DNA of 64,000 nucleotides from assembly GCA_951406725.2 (NCBI GenBank), contig OX597817.1:91078001-91142000 (forward strand), in the 5' to 3' direction. Source of the DNA: Octopus vulgaris. Taxonomy: Eukaryota. The notes below the pieces were generated by a model that saw only the letters and a program-made list of their open reading frames with translations, was not told where the DNA came from and searched no databases. Below, piece after piece: positions 1 to 18,890 of the stretch (positions are counted from its first letter, which is position 1; every line of letters begins with the position of its first letter). The translations under genes were made by a program, and so were the position numbers.

Positions 1-353
1 GTGTGTGTGTGTGTATATATATGTACTTAAACACATATATACACATACACATATACATATACACTTATATATATAAGTATATATATATATTTGCCAACTA
101 AATGTGGTGGTCCCATAGAGGACAATGCTACTGTTGTTACTGTTGTTTTTAGCCCCAGGAGAACATCTCCTCCAGCTGGCTGATGACACACTGTCTGTGT
201 CTGATTAGGAAATCATTGTTCCCATCTGTAGCTGTACGTGATGCATACAGACCCAGGTTTCTGAGTAGTAACCCATCATCAGTATGTGATATATTTCACG
301 ATTCCGTGCTGTTACTGTTTACCTTTCATTCAGAGATTTAATATTGCTTATAC

Positions 354-411
<58 letters not shown>

Positions 412-427
412 ATATATAAATACATAC

Positions 428-472
<45 letters not shown>

Positions 473-474
<2 letters not shown>

Positions 475-890
475 CGCAGGAGTGGCTGTGTGGTAAGTAG
501 CTTGCTAACCAACCACATGGTTCCAGGTTCAGTCCCACTGCGTGGCATCTTGGGCAAGTGTCTTCTGCTATAGCCCCGGGCTGACCAAAGCCTTGTGAGT
601 GGATTTGGCAGACGGAAACTGAAAGAAGCCTGTCGTATATATGTATATATATATATGTGTGTGTGTATGTGTTTGTGTGTCTGTCTTTGTCCCCCTAGCA
701 TTGCTTGACAACCGATGCTGGTGTGTTTACGTCCCCGTCACTTAGCGGTTCGGCAAAAGAGACCGATAGAATAAGTAGTGGGCTTACAAAGAATAAGTCC
801 CGGGGTCGATTTGCTCGACTAAAGGCGGTGCTCCGGCATGGCCGCAGTCAAATGACTGAAACAAGTAAAAGAGTAAAAGAGAGTAAAGAG
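473..890 (+). mobile_element. tRNA-derived SINE (family A), full length
   Basis: A-box-like TGGCTGTGTGG, B-box-like GGTTCAGTCCC, TTGGGCAAGT core, internal (TA)/(TG) tract, GTAAAAGA tail; many copies in window. Confidence 0.9.
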
Positions 891-1004
891 TATATATATA
901 TATATATATATATATATCATCATCATCATCAGCATCATCATTTAACATCTATTTTCCATTGCTAGCATGGGTTGGACGGTTCGACTGGGGTCTGTGTGTG
1001 TATG

Positions 1005-1046
<42 letters not shown>

Positions 1047-1328
1047 CAACAATTGAGGGTAAAATTAATTAATTATTAATCAATTTCACCAAGTATTCAG
1101 TATGTAAAGGGACCATTTAAGGCGAATTCAAATTATTACATTATATAAAAGGGCTTAGTAAAATAAATTACTTTGCCACATACTGAACTCATTAGAAATA
1201 GTAGCTAAAAAACTTTTTTAAAACTATTTCTAATACTTAAAGAAAATCTCTCTCATATAGTGTTTGCACAATTCAACTCACGAAAGTATGGGGGTAAAGA
1301 CATTAAAAAATCAAATGCAAAGGTTATT

Positions 1329-1380
1329 TGAGAACGTACGTTTCAAGATTAGTCAACTCGACATTTCTATCATCAGCTCA
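1329..1380 (-). ncRNA. Minimal type I hammerhead ribozyme motif (unit 1)
   Basis: Minus strand: TGAG-CTGATGA-T-AGA..GTC-GAGTT-GAC..TCT-T-GAAAC-GTAC-GTT-CTCA; palindromic stem III ACGTACGT; T-T at base of stem II is non-canonical. Confidence 0.7.
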
Positions 1381-1887
1381 GAACTCCTTGGTTTGGATTT
1401 GAAAACACTGAAAGTGGGAGCATACGCTTTCGGCTTCTTATCGCTTCTGAAGATCTGCTCGAAACTAACAGTGCCAGCAAACCCAAAATATGCAAGCGAA
1501 GAATTTCTGCTCTCCCCTTTCCACCAGCGTGGGTTAAAATCAGTAAACACTATGCTTTTTCGGTAAAATCCGAAGCATTAAATAGAGAGAGATGAATTAT
1601 AATTTCAACAATTGAGGGTAAAATTAATTAATTATTAATCAATTTCACCAAGTATTCAGTATGTAAAGGGACCATTTAAGGCGAATTCAAATTATTACAT
1701 TATATAAAAGGGCTTAGTAAAATAAATTACTTTGCCACATACTGAACTCATTAGAAATAGTAGCTAAAAAAACTTTTTAAAACTATTTCTAATACTTAAA
1801 GAAAATCTCTCTCATATAGTGTTTGCACAATTCAACTCACGAAAGTATGGGGGTAAAGACATTAAAAAATCAAATGCAAAGGTTATT

Positions 1888-1939
1888 TGAGAACGTACGT
1901 TTCAAGATTAGTCAACTCGACATTTCTATCATCAGCTCA
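1888..1939 (-). ncRNA. Minimal type I hammerhead ribozyme motif (unit 2)
   Basis: Identical to 1329-1380, offset 559. Confidence 0.7.
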
Positions 1940-2543
1940 GAACTCCTTGGTTTGGATTTGAAAACACTGAAAGTGGGAGCATACCCTTTCGGCTTCTTAT
2001 CGCTTCTGAAGATCTGCTCGAAACTAACAGTGCCAGCAAACCCAAAATATGCAAGCGAAGAATTTCTGCTCTCCTCTTTCCACCAGCGTGGGTTAAAATC
2101 AGTAAACACTATGCTTTTTCGGTAAAATCCGAAGCATTAAATAGAGAGAGATGAATTATAATTTCAACAATTGAGGGTAAAATTAATTAATTAATAATCA
2201 ATTTCACCAAGTATTCAGTATGTAAAGGGACCATTTAAGGCGAATTCAAATTATTACATTATATAAAAGGGCTTAGTAAAATAAATTACTTTGCCACATA
2301 CTGAACTCATTAGAAATAGTAGCTAAAAAAACTTTTTAAAACTATTTCTAATACTTAAAGAAAATCTCTCTCATATAGTGTTTGCACAATTCAACTCACG
2401 AAAGTATGGGGGTAAAGACATTAAAAAATCAAACTATATGAGAGAGATTTTCTTTAAGTATTAGAAATAGTTTTAAAAAAGTTTTTTTAGCTACTATTTC
2501 TAATGAGTTCAGTATGTGGCAAAGTAATTTATTTTACTAAGCC

Positions 2544-2688
<145 letters not shown>

Positions 2689-2786
2689 TGATAAAACGGT
2701 AAGATAACAAAAGAAAGAAAGAGACCTCAATATTATGTAAATAGAGGAAATTTATCTATACAATATGTTACATTACTCGGTAGTCA

Positions 2787-2849
2787 AGATAAAACTCTGA
2801 GTTTCAGATGCCGAAGTGGAAATCCACAACACCATCTCTTCGGTTATCT
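2787..2849 (-). ncRNA. Minimal hammerhead motif in PLE 3' region (CCGAAGA core variant)
   Basis: AGATAA-CCGAAGA-GATG..CATC-T-GAAAC-TC-A-GA-GTT-TTATCT. Confidence 0.7.
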
Positions 2850-3042
2850 GGCTATTTGAAAACGTTATGAAAAAATACCGTTAAAAATGAAGGAAATTAC
2901 TCTGTTATAACTCTGCTTTGCCTGCGTACTTATACATTGCTCGCATTTTTCGTCATAAAAATTATATAAAAATACATAAAAATATATAAAAATATATAAA
3001 AATATATAAAATCTTCTTGGGACATAACACAGAAAGCATGTT

Positions 3043-3983
3043 CTATCCGTTTTCTTTAGGGGACCAAAAACGTAACAGAAATTTAGTCACATGTGGGCAT
3101 GATCCGAAAAGCTCTGTCCTTGTATTTAGACATGTGGTAGGGTCTAAGCTGCTTTTCCAGATAAGCCATCTCTCCATGTCGCATAAACCGCACCTTCCGC
3201 TGCCGTTAGTATAGGGCTTACATCTGGCCAAAATCTTCCATTGTATGTTATAATCGACACCTTTATCTCTTAAAGACCAAATATGATTGGATAATTGTGT
3301 CGCTTTTCTTTTGTTCCAGTGCCTAAAGCTCAAAGTGTGGTTATTGAACCTGGCCTTGAAATTACCCTCTGTCAGGCCCACGTATTTCTTCGTCGAAACG
3401 GTGTCTTTAGTGGTTATAGAGTTTACGGTAGCTTCATATATGATGGTCTTGGACATGCAAGCTCCATTTAGCGGGCACAATTCTTTATTCCTGCATGAAC
3501 AGCTGTTTTCTTCTTGTGTTTTTTGTATGTTATGATTGATTATGTTTTTAAAATTGGTAGTTGAACTAAAACTAATTTTTAAATTGTGTCTATTGAAGAG
3601 TTTCCTATAAGCATGGTTAACTGGAAAATGTCTATCTATCAGTGCTAGGAAATATTTACCTATATTCAAGGCCACCTCGGGTGAGTAAGGGGCGTAAACC
3701 AGATGACCTTCCTATTTCTATTATTCCTTTTCCTTATTGTTGGGCTGGTGATAGGTGTATATTTTATTTTTTCGCTAAAACCACTATCTTTTAAAGCTTT
3801 ATTATAAACTGGGGCAACGCTATTGAAGATGTCCTCATTAGATGAGAGGCTAGAAATCCTCTTACTAATATTTTTAACTAAATTTTTGAATACTATAGGG
3901 GGATGGCATGAACCTACATTAATATAACTTAGTCTATCATTGGGCTTCCTATAAGGCTTATAAATATTATTATTAAGATCTAC
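3043..3983 (-). pseudogene. PLE polyprotein fragment: RT C-terminus/thumb, linker, GIY-YIG endonuclease; 1-nt frameshift near 3690
   Basis: YKPYRKPND..YINVGSCHPP; WFTP|..NIGKYFL; CSCRNKELCPLNGAC (CxCx5C); IIYEATV..KYVGLTEGNFKARFNNH; CGLC; ELFGSCPH. Confidence 0.9.
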
Positions 3984-3991
3984 CACCCGAG

Positions 3992-4623
3992 GTGGCCTTC
4001 AATATAGGTAAATATTTCCTAGCACTGATAGATAGACATTTTCCAGTTAACCATGCTTATAGGAAACTCTTCAATAGACACAATTTAAAAATTAGTTTTA
4101 GTTCAACTACCAATTTTAAAAACATAATCAATCATAACATACAAAAAACACAAGAAGAAAACAGCTGTTCATGCAGGAATAAAGAATTGTGCCCGCTAAA
4201 TGGAGCTTGCATGTCCAAGACCATCATATATGAAGCTACCGTAAACTCTATAACCACTAAAGACACCGTTTCGACGAAGAAATACGTGGGCCTGACAGAG
4301 GGTAATTTCAAGGCCAGGTTCAATAACCACACTTTGAGCTTTAGGCACTGGAACAAAAGAAAAGCGACACAATTATCCAATCATATTTGGTCTTTAAGAG
4401 ATAAAGGTGTCGATTATAACATACAATGGAAGATTTTGGCCAGATGTAAGCCCTATACTAACGGCAGCGGAAGGTGCGGTTTATGCGACATGGAGAGATG
4501 GCTTATCTGGAAAAGCAGCTTAGACCCTACCACATGTCTAAATACAAGGACAGAGCTTTTCGGATCATGCCCACATGTGACTAAATTTCTGTTACGTTTT
4601 TGGTCCCTAAAGAAAACGGATAG
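3992..4623 (+). pseudogene. Inverted copy of the PLE GIY-YIG endonuclease region
   Basis: Translation almost identical to 3043-3675(-); a 1-nt deletion near 4607 extends the ORF to 4786. Confidence 0.88.
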
Positions 4624-4817
4624 AACATGCTTTCTGTGTTATGTCCCAAGAAGATTTTATATATTTTTATATATTTTTATATATTTTTATGTATTTTTAT
4701 ATAATTTTTACGACGAAAAATGCGAGCGATGTATAAGTACGCAGGCAAAGCAGAGTTATAACAGAGTAATTTCCCTTCATTTTTAACGGTATTTTTTCAT
4801 AACGTTTTCAAATAGCC

Positions 4818-4880
4818 AGATAACCGAAGAGATGGTGTTGTGGATTTCCACTTCGGCATCTGAAACTCAGAGTTTTATCT
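4818..4880 (+). ncRNA. Minimal hammerhead motif in inverted PLE copy (CCGAAGA core variant)
   Basis: Same motif; stem I AGATAA/TTATCT, stem II GATG/CATC, near-palindromic stem III. Confidence 0.7.
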
Positions 4881-4911
4881 TGACTACCGAGTAATGTAAC
4901 ATATTGTATAG

Positions 4912-4986
<75 letters not shown>

Positions 4987-5518
4987 TATTCAATATACAT
5001 TATGACATCTGTCTATACATTTTTTTCATTTATCAAGTAATGGAACACAACACCCACCACATTTGTATTAAAATGTAAGTTTTTATACATACCCATGTGA
5101 CTCTCTCTCTCTCGCCTTCATTCTTTCCCCTTTTTTCTCTCCCTGTCACTTTTGTTATAGCCTTTCTACTTACTCCTTCTCTCTCTCTCCCTCTATGTAC
5201 TCCTAGCCCTTCTCCCTCCTGTATTCCTAGCCTTTCTCCATCTTATATTACCAGCCTTTCTCCTTCCCCTTCATCCACATCGCCCTTTTCTTTCTCTGTC
5301 ACTCCCTCTCCCTGCTATCTTTCCCCTATGCCAGTGGCCAGTTCCTCTTTTTCTTCCTTTCTTAGACTGGTCCCTTAGCTGACCAATCACAAATTCTGTC
5401 TCTCTATTCCGCAAAACATTTTCTAAGCGTTACCCACTATTCTCGTCTTTGACTGTTTGTTTTCATCCACCATCCTAAATTACATTGTGTCATTTTGCTT
5501 GTTTTGTTGTTTATCTCC

Positions 5519-5604
<86 letters not shown>

Positions 5605-5606
<2 letters not shown>

Positions 5607-6118
5607 TAAAGTTAGATAAGGCTGGTTTATGGGATTACCTTAGGCTTTACGTCCATAAAGGGCTTAGCTTTATGGAATATCACCAGATCCCAAAACCTGT
5701 TGGCTAAAAGCCTCTCTAGTAAGTGGCCTCTCTAGAATATAGAGGAGAAAAGAACCCCGATACTCAATGTCAACAAAAGGGACTGTCTTCCCTTAGTTAT
5801 TGGTCACCAATTTCAACAAAGGGGATTGCATCTCTTTGGCTATTGATCGCCGATGACCCTGTTATCCTGTGGGTTCTAACAGGTTAGCAGGAATTTTCTG
5901 AAATGTAAGCATGGTCCAAAGACCTCTATTCTGGAGTTCAGGATGTTTCTGGGTCAAGGGAGTCCTTTAGGATCCTTGCCTATTCTGCTATGCATAATTT
6001 ACAGCAATTGGTCCCATTAATGTAGGGCCCTTTAAACTAGCCTTATCGAACTTTAATATATACTGCTCTATAACTTAGAGTGTGCTTCTTTTTTCAGATT
6101 TATGTGTATGGACAATCT
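5605..6118 (+). mobile_element. Degenerate PLE-like 3' remnant in (TA)n with short inverted 5' end
   Basis: 5602-5632 is inverted relative to 6028-6060; RTPILNVNK-like endonuclease end; decayed CCGATGA..GAAA. Confidence 0.5.
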
Positions 6119-6135
6119 ATATATATATATGTATG

Positions 6136-6181
<46 letters not shown>

Positions 6182-6587
6182 TGTATATATATGTAACACA
6201 TGGTATAATTATAAACAGAGCATTTTTTTTTAGCCATTTCTCCACAGATTGAAAAGAATGAACAACTTTATTCAGTTTTCAAACCTTATACATTGTGCAT
6301 AATGAAGAAGAGAGAAGCACTCAATACATCTTATAGAGTATAAGGATATTTATACCCTTGATGACATTGGTTGTAACTTCAAGTTTCATTTTGATATGAT
6401 CACTAATCTGTAATGGAGAATTTTATTTATGAAAGGGAGAAAAGAAATATTTCATTATAGAACACCAGGTAGTCATCTATCTTACCAATCATATCAAGAT
6501 CAAACTCAAAGTTATAGCAAATCATGTCAGCCAAATACATGTGCACACACACGCACACACACACACGCACGCACACACACATACATG

Positions 6588-6635
<48 letters not shown>

Positions 6636-6756
6636 TACACACACATGTGCGCACGCATACACACACATATATACACATATATATAAATGTTTATATATAT
6701 ATATATATACATATATACACACATGTATGTGTATCTCTCTCACTCTCTCTATGTAT

Positions 6757-7439
6757 CATCATCATGATCATTTAATGTCTGCTTTCCATGCTAGCATGGG
6801 TTGGACGATTTGACTGAGGACTGGTGAACCAGATGGCTGCACCAGGGTCCAATCCTGATCTGGTAGACTTTCTGCAGCTGGATGCCCTTCCTAACGCCAA
6901 CCACTCTGAGAGTGTAGTGGATGCTTTTATGTGCCACCGGCATGGGGCCAGTCAGGCGATACTAGCAGCAACCTCGCTTGAATGTTTTTTCATGCGCCAC
7001 TGGCACGGAAGCCAGTTAGCCGCTCTGTCAATGATCACACTCGGATGGTGCTCTTTGTGCCCCACTAGCATGGATGCCAGTCATCGAATTTGATTTCGAT
7101 TTCTATTTCAGTTGCCTCAACAGGTCTTTGCAAGCTGAGTTTAGCGTCCAAAGAAGGAAAGGTATGCATAAGTGGGCTGGTTACACCCCTGGCATAGGCT
7201 GCAAGGTTATGGTCGCATTTGGCTTGCCGGGTCTTCTCAAGCACAGGATATTTCCAAAAGTCTCAGTCACTAGTCATTTCCTCGGTGAGTCTCAAAGTTC
7301 GAAGGTCGTGCTTCACCACTTCATCCCAGGTCTTCCTGGGTATACCTCTTTCACAGTTTCCCTCAAATGCTAGGGTGTGGTACTTTTTCACACAGCTATC
7401 CTCATCCATTCTCGCCACATGACCATACCAGTGCAGGTG
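6757..7439 (-). mobile_element. RTE-clade LINE 3' fragment
   Basis: Minus strand LHWYGHVARMDEDSCVKK..PRKTWDEVVKHDL; 3'UTR GGAAGGGCATCCAGC; (ATG)n tail. Confidence 0.85.
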
Positions 7440-8196
7440 TAAATAAAGAAAGTAAAAATAGCTGAGTTCTATACAAGCATTGTTAATACAAAGGTAGACT
7501 TAAAGGCCCTTTGGTTTTAATCCATGTTTCCATACCTGAAACTTCTCCTTGAGTTCTGAGGGTAAAAATACTGCTTGCTAGAAATTAAAGCTATAACAGT
7601 AATAATACTTCACACATATATATAAATATATATATATATTTCAATGTGAAGCAAATAATTCAGATGCTTGATTTCTGTAGTTATTATCAGTGTATTTTGG
7701 TGATTTAATTAAGAGTTTTGACTGTTATTTCCAGCAGGTAGACATACTTAGCATGTCCTTTGATTATATGATGTATATGTATAACAGTATGTCTCCTTTT
7801 TCCATTTTCATCCCTCTTTTTTTGTTTATACATATATATATATATACTTTACTGGGTATATCTCTCTGTGTAGCTGCATGTGTGCATGCATTCTATATTT
7901 ACAAAAATGTGTGCATGCACACAATTTTTCATGAAACACATAGCTGGTATCAACATAGCTGTGTGGTTAAGAAGTTTGCTTTGCATCCATGTAGTTCTGA
8001 TATCAATCCTAGTATATGGTATTGTACTTTGTTTTTAGGATTTGGTTGATGGAAATTGTGCAGAAGCCAGTTGTATACACAACACACACTCACATGCAGA
8101 AAACATATTCATAAGCGTCAGCAACATCATCATCACCATTGTTGTCATAATTGTCATCGTCATCACCAACGTGGTCACCATGGTCACCAGTATCAG

Positions 8197-8250
<54 letters not shown>

Positions 8251-8538
8251 TATCTTCATCATTATAATGTTTTTATTGTCTGTTTCTACACTGACCTGAA
8301 TTGGATTCGATTGGTACCAGGTCCAACTCAATTCTTATTCGAAGTTAATGCTCTCACAGCCAAGCTACTAAACCACATTTCGTTTGCATGTTCTATTTTT
8401 TAGTGCAGTTTCTGGAGGATGCTTTCCTAAAAACCATCCACCTCACAGAGTACATTGGGGACATTTTATTGAGGCACTAGGAGTAGCGCGCTTGTTAATC
8501 CTTTGACAGGGTAAGATTAGAAGACCTTCTTTACTCGA

Positions 8539-8708
8539 CATCATCATCATCGTTTAACGTCCGTTTTCCATGCTGGCATGGGTTGGAGGGTTTGACTGAT
8601 GTCTGGAGAGCCAGTGGCTGCACAAGGCTCCAATCTAATCTGACAAAGTTTCTACAGCTGGATGCCCTTCCTAATGTCAGCCACTCCAAGAGTGTAGTGG
8701 GTGCTTTC
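8539..8708 (-). mobile_element. RTE 3' tail fragment
   Basis: Matches the tail at 6757-6930. Confidence 0.8.
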
Positions 8709-9611
8709 AAAAGGCATGGAGTTCATTTTATTACTGCATCAACTGTAATGATGTTGCCTTGAAAATGCAAGTTAAATTCTACAGAGAGTGTGTAGGTGTG
8801 TACAAGTGCGCGTGCATGCATGTGTATCTGTGTGTGTATAAGACTAGGCATAAATAGCATAAGATTTCTTCTGTAATAGATGTTGAACAGAATTCCTGAG
8901 AATTTTATAAAAACTAATATGCTAATTGACTCAGAAGTCTCCTAAATATATACATACCAAATTGGGCAAGTTCACAGGAACACATTCATGCAATAGAAAT
9001 AAATGAATGCAAGAATCAAGCAGGTTAAAGAGGATGCATTATATTTTGATAACTAACTTCACCTAAGATCAGAAATGATCTAGAAACTCATATAATCCTC
9101 CTGTAGCATTTGAAAGCAAAACAAAATACAAAGATGAAAACATGCGAGCAAAACATTAAAAACAAGCAGAAACATAGCACAGAATAAAATCACATTTAAT
9201 GTGATCAGGTAATTTTCCTTATTAGCTGCAGAACAGATACCATCATGATGTTGCCAATCACTAATTCCATTAGATAAATACAAACACTGGGAAGATACAA
9301 GCCAAATGTTTAAACCTAGTGTGCAAATCACACACATTCCAAACATTAGAGTTGAAACATAGAAATAATCATAATTCATCTTAAACATATTATACATTGT
9401 TACACATAACATAAACTAAATGCATGTATGCATATATGTCCATATGCATGTGTGTGTGTGAGTGCATGCATGCTTGTGTCACATTTGTACCGCTCACAAG
9501 TACAAATATATTCAAACTAGTGAGGAAGCTTCTGTGTTGTCATGAAACATTGTTAGAATATCTCCAATGATACGTTTGATGGTTCAAATCTGGAGTAAAA
9601 CAAGAACAAAC

Positions 9612-9711
9612 NNNNNNNNNNNNNNNNNNNNNNNNNNNNNNNNNNNNNNNNNNNNNNNNNNNNNNNNNNNNNNNNNNNNNNNNNNNNNNNNNNNNNNNNN
9701 NNNNNNNNNNN
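9612..9711. other. Assembly gap (100 N)
   Basis: Run of n. Confidence 1.
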
Positions 9712-15555
<5,844 letters not shown>

Positions 15556-16109
15556 ATGCTGGTACACATGCCTGAATGCATATAGACAAGGACAGCTACT
15601 CCTACTCCTACTACTACCACCACCACCACCACCACCACCACTATCATTAATAATAATAATAATAATAATGATATTTTAAAAGGATTGATGTAACTCTTCA
15701 CAAAGGTAAACAGACAAGACAAAGAGCATGATGTGATTGCAATAGATATTTTATTGGTTGAACAATATTTCCACAGCAAGCCTATCATTGTCGAGTTCAA
15801 AATGAAAAGTGATAAAAATTGAAGTTTACTGGAGGAGGAGAGTTTCTAAAATAATCATAAGGCTGCAAGCTTAGGAGTAGGAGTTAGTTGATTAAATAGA
15901 TTCCGGTACAAAACAGATACTTTATTTTATTCAGCCCAGAAGGAGGAAAACTGAAGTTGACCGTAGTGAGACTTGAAATCAGAATGTAAAGAGCCAGAAC
16001 TAATACTGCAGTCAATTAATAATGATTATGATGAAGATGCTGATGATGATTGTGATGATGATGATGATGATGATGATTTCTGTTATTATGATAATAATAA
16101 TAAATGAAT

Positions 16110-16640
16110 CCGTAGAGCCTCAAAAGTGAATGTGGTACCTATTGTGGTTGGTGCATTTGGGACCATCTCAAAGAGAGTAATATTCAGGCATCAAAAGCTG
16201 CAAATACCAAAACTTCATAGGAAGTATTCAGTTGGCAGCAATACTTGGAATAACTCATGAGTTGAGAAATGTGTTGTGTCTCAAAGCTGTGGGATGGTGA
16301 TGAGACGTAACATAGATAAATCAGAAGTTAAGTGAATAAATGTATGGATGATGATGATGATGATGATGATAAATAAATAGATAAATAATAAGAGGAAGCA
16401 AAGTTATATGGAGAAGCATTTATACCATCAGATTATGAAGAATATTGGGGCAAAAAGAGGTGAAGACACTTGGAATTGGTTGAAGAAAGGAATTCTACAC
16501 AAATAAGGCAAACCCTCTGAACAGACAGTGCACAATGTGGAACAGGAGTCAATGTATTACCGTTGTGTACTTTGCAAGATGAACAAGAAGAAACAGTGAC
16601 CCACATAGGAAGTGAATATTCCAAACTTGCACAGAAACAG
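16110..16640 (+). mobile_element. Degenerate R4/Dong-type LINE fragments next to (TAA)n
   Basis: KVNVVPIVVGAFGTISK; ETVTHIGSEYSKLAQKQ followed by (TAA)n 16641-16724. Confidence 0.6.
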
Positions 16641-16648
16641 TAGTAGTA

Positions 16649-16727
<79 letters not shown>

Positions 16728-17034
16728 ATTTCTTTGAGACCATAATAAATTAAATATGTATTCAAATGTCATATCATCTGAATGTAAATCAATGCCAAAA
16801 TCCAGCTGACTGGGAATAAAATTGGCCTAGAATATGAGAATATGAATTTCTGTCTTTATTCATTAATAGTATATAATTGGTAAGCATTAGCAAAAGTCTG
16901 CTGTGAATAGTTGCTTCTTGCTCCATGATAAGAATGCTATATATAGGTATATAAACTTATATTTATGTCCATATTTCATTCTCTTTCTTTCAATACACAC
17001 ACATTTATAGAAATATATACATATACATGCACAT

Positions 17035-17081
<47 letters not shown>

Positions 17082-17659
17082 TACATATACAAACACACAC
17101 ATTTATAAGATATGATTCTTTGTAGCAACAAACTACGTACTCAATACTTCAACAAGTAGAGATAAATTTATTAATTTGGAAATACATAGATTTATAGGTT
17201 TAAACATCTTTACAACTATCCATTTCTATCTCTATCTTTCTTTCGCTCTCTCTCTCTCTCTCTCTCCCTCTCTCTCACGCACACACACACTCACATTCAC
17301 ACACACACACTACTTTGCATATCACATGTGGTTAACATACCTCTCTCTCTCTTATCACTTGTCCTCACTTTCATTACACCCTCATCCATCATCTTCTCTC
17401 TTTCTCTTCTGTATCATGCTGCATTTCTCTGTTTCCAAACCAATAAACAATATGTAGATGCCAACACTGTGTCTCTTCCATTACTCTCCTGCCTCTACAA
17501 CCCTTTTACTCTTATCCTTGTTTCACTCATCATACTCTCTCACCCTAGCACACCATTCCCCTTTCTCTTTTTTATTCACCCTGTCAGTCACTCTGATTTA
17601 AGCAAGCAATGACTCTTCAGTCCTGAAGAGAAAAAGACAATCTCAGTGCCAAATACAAC

Positions 17660-18890
17660 ATATACATTTACCCATTATTCAAACATAAATAGAATAAAAT
17701 TTATTTGAGAAAATAGTTGTAAAAGTTGTACAACACTTCTTAAGTCTTTTGTTTTATTGTTTATCCTTAATTGAATATAATGGTGCAAACAATATGCGAA
17801 CAAATTGTTGCACTGAAAATGGCAGTTATAAAGAACTTCGAGGTGCAGAAAAACTGTTTTTAATATGTAGAAAAGTTTCAAAAGGTGCAAACAACCTCAC
17901 TAAATTCAATACCAAGAAGAAACTGTTCAGTTCATGCCAGGAGAATCATTGTACCTGACAATAAAAGAATGAAGAGAAATCCACAAAGGAGCACAAGGAA
18001 CATAGTAAAAGAGCTGAATATACCAGATGAATCATTAATGAGGATTATGAAAGAGAATTTAGGGCTTTATCTTACAAGAATCATTGTGAAAGAAGATTTA
18101 GGGCTAAACCATAAAAGATTCAATGATGACAGTTACTCTCAAGTACCTCCAAGCAAAAATGGCTTTATAGAGGGAAGAAAACATGTTGAAGGCAATATAT
18201 TGTGCCGCAGACATGTCTTCATTTGGTCAGTTGAAAAGTTCTTCTTAGTGGAGACTTAGTCAACAACTAAAGCAATAGAATTTATACTGCTTCACCAGAA
18301 AACATTCCCCACATTTCCGGTGACAGAAACCAACTGGTGTCAATTAAGTTTGGGTTACTGTTGCTACTGATGGTTTAAAATCGTCCTTGGGATACAATGA
18401 AGAAGTTTAAAATGAATAGCAGAATTTACCAGTAAATGTTGTAGAGAGATATGTTGCCTTGGGCACCAGCCATATTTTGGAAGTCATGATGTCTTCATTC
18501 AAGATGGAGCTCCTGCTGCACACAACTATTCTAAAGCAGAACTGGTCCAAGAGACATTTTCATGTATTTTTTATAAGTTTATTTGGCTTCCATCAAGCCC
18601 TGATACTAATCCTATGGGTTTTGCAAGATGGCCTATATTGGAGATCGATGTTTCACACATCTCATACTCCAGCATGCCAGATCAGAAAGTAGCTCTTAAG
18701 ATGTGGTGCAATTTGAATGAAGAGGTGGAAGAAGTCAGGCACTTTTAGCATATTAAGGACTATGCAAAAAGCAAAGGGTAGCCATTTTGAATTATAAATA
18801 TATGTAAAATATTGTCAATAGATATAACAATAAACTTCTTTTCTCTTTTACTTGTTCAGAACTTTTAGTCGAATGAAGTAACCCAATACT
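17660..18890 (+). mobile_element. Degenerate Tc1/mariner-superfamily transposon (possibly maT/DD37D-like)
   Basis: KRNPQRSTRNIVKELNI HTH; FIWSVEKFF; FIQDGAPAAH; WLPSSPDTNPM; many stops and frameshifts. Confidence 0.8.

Larger units (their letters stand above)
2690..4913 (-). mobile_element. 5'-truncated Penelope-like retroelement (likely Naiad clade) with inverted pLTR
   Basis: Arms ~2752-3683 and 3984-4913 are near-perfect inverted repeats around a 300-bp spacer; RT thumb, GIY-YIG domain and 3' HHR; (TA)n flanks. Confidence 0.92.

Noticed and set aside
286-701. ORFs rich in YI/CV/HT repeats here and throughout the track
   Set aside because: Translations of microsatellites and SINEs
1418-1476. 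Second HHR-like motifs in the 559-bp unit (minus GAGCA..CCGAAAGCGTA-TGCTC; plus CTGAAGA..GAAAC)
   Set aside because: Minus version lacks CUGANGA; plus version lacks stems I and II and a valid NUH
1264-2125. Duplicated 100-aa and 65-aa ORFs
   Set aside because: No recognisable domain; products of the 559-bp repeat
1041-2433. CRISPR array or prokaryotic system
   Set aside because: No repeat-spacer structure or cas genes; eukaryotic repeat context
2880-3675. Selenoprotein-type Naiad (in-frame UGA plus SECIS)
   Set aside because: Visible Cys motifs use ordinary Cys codons and no convincing SECIS is seen; the 5' part is missing
9062-9240. Possible small minus-strand exons (GLYEFLDHF*)
   Set aside because: Splice-like signals only; too short to support
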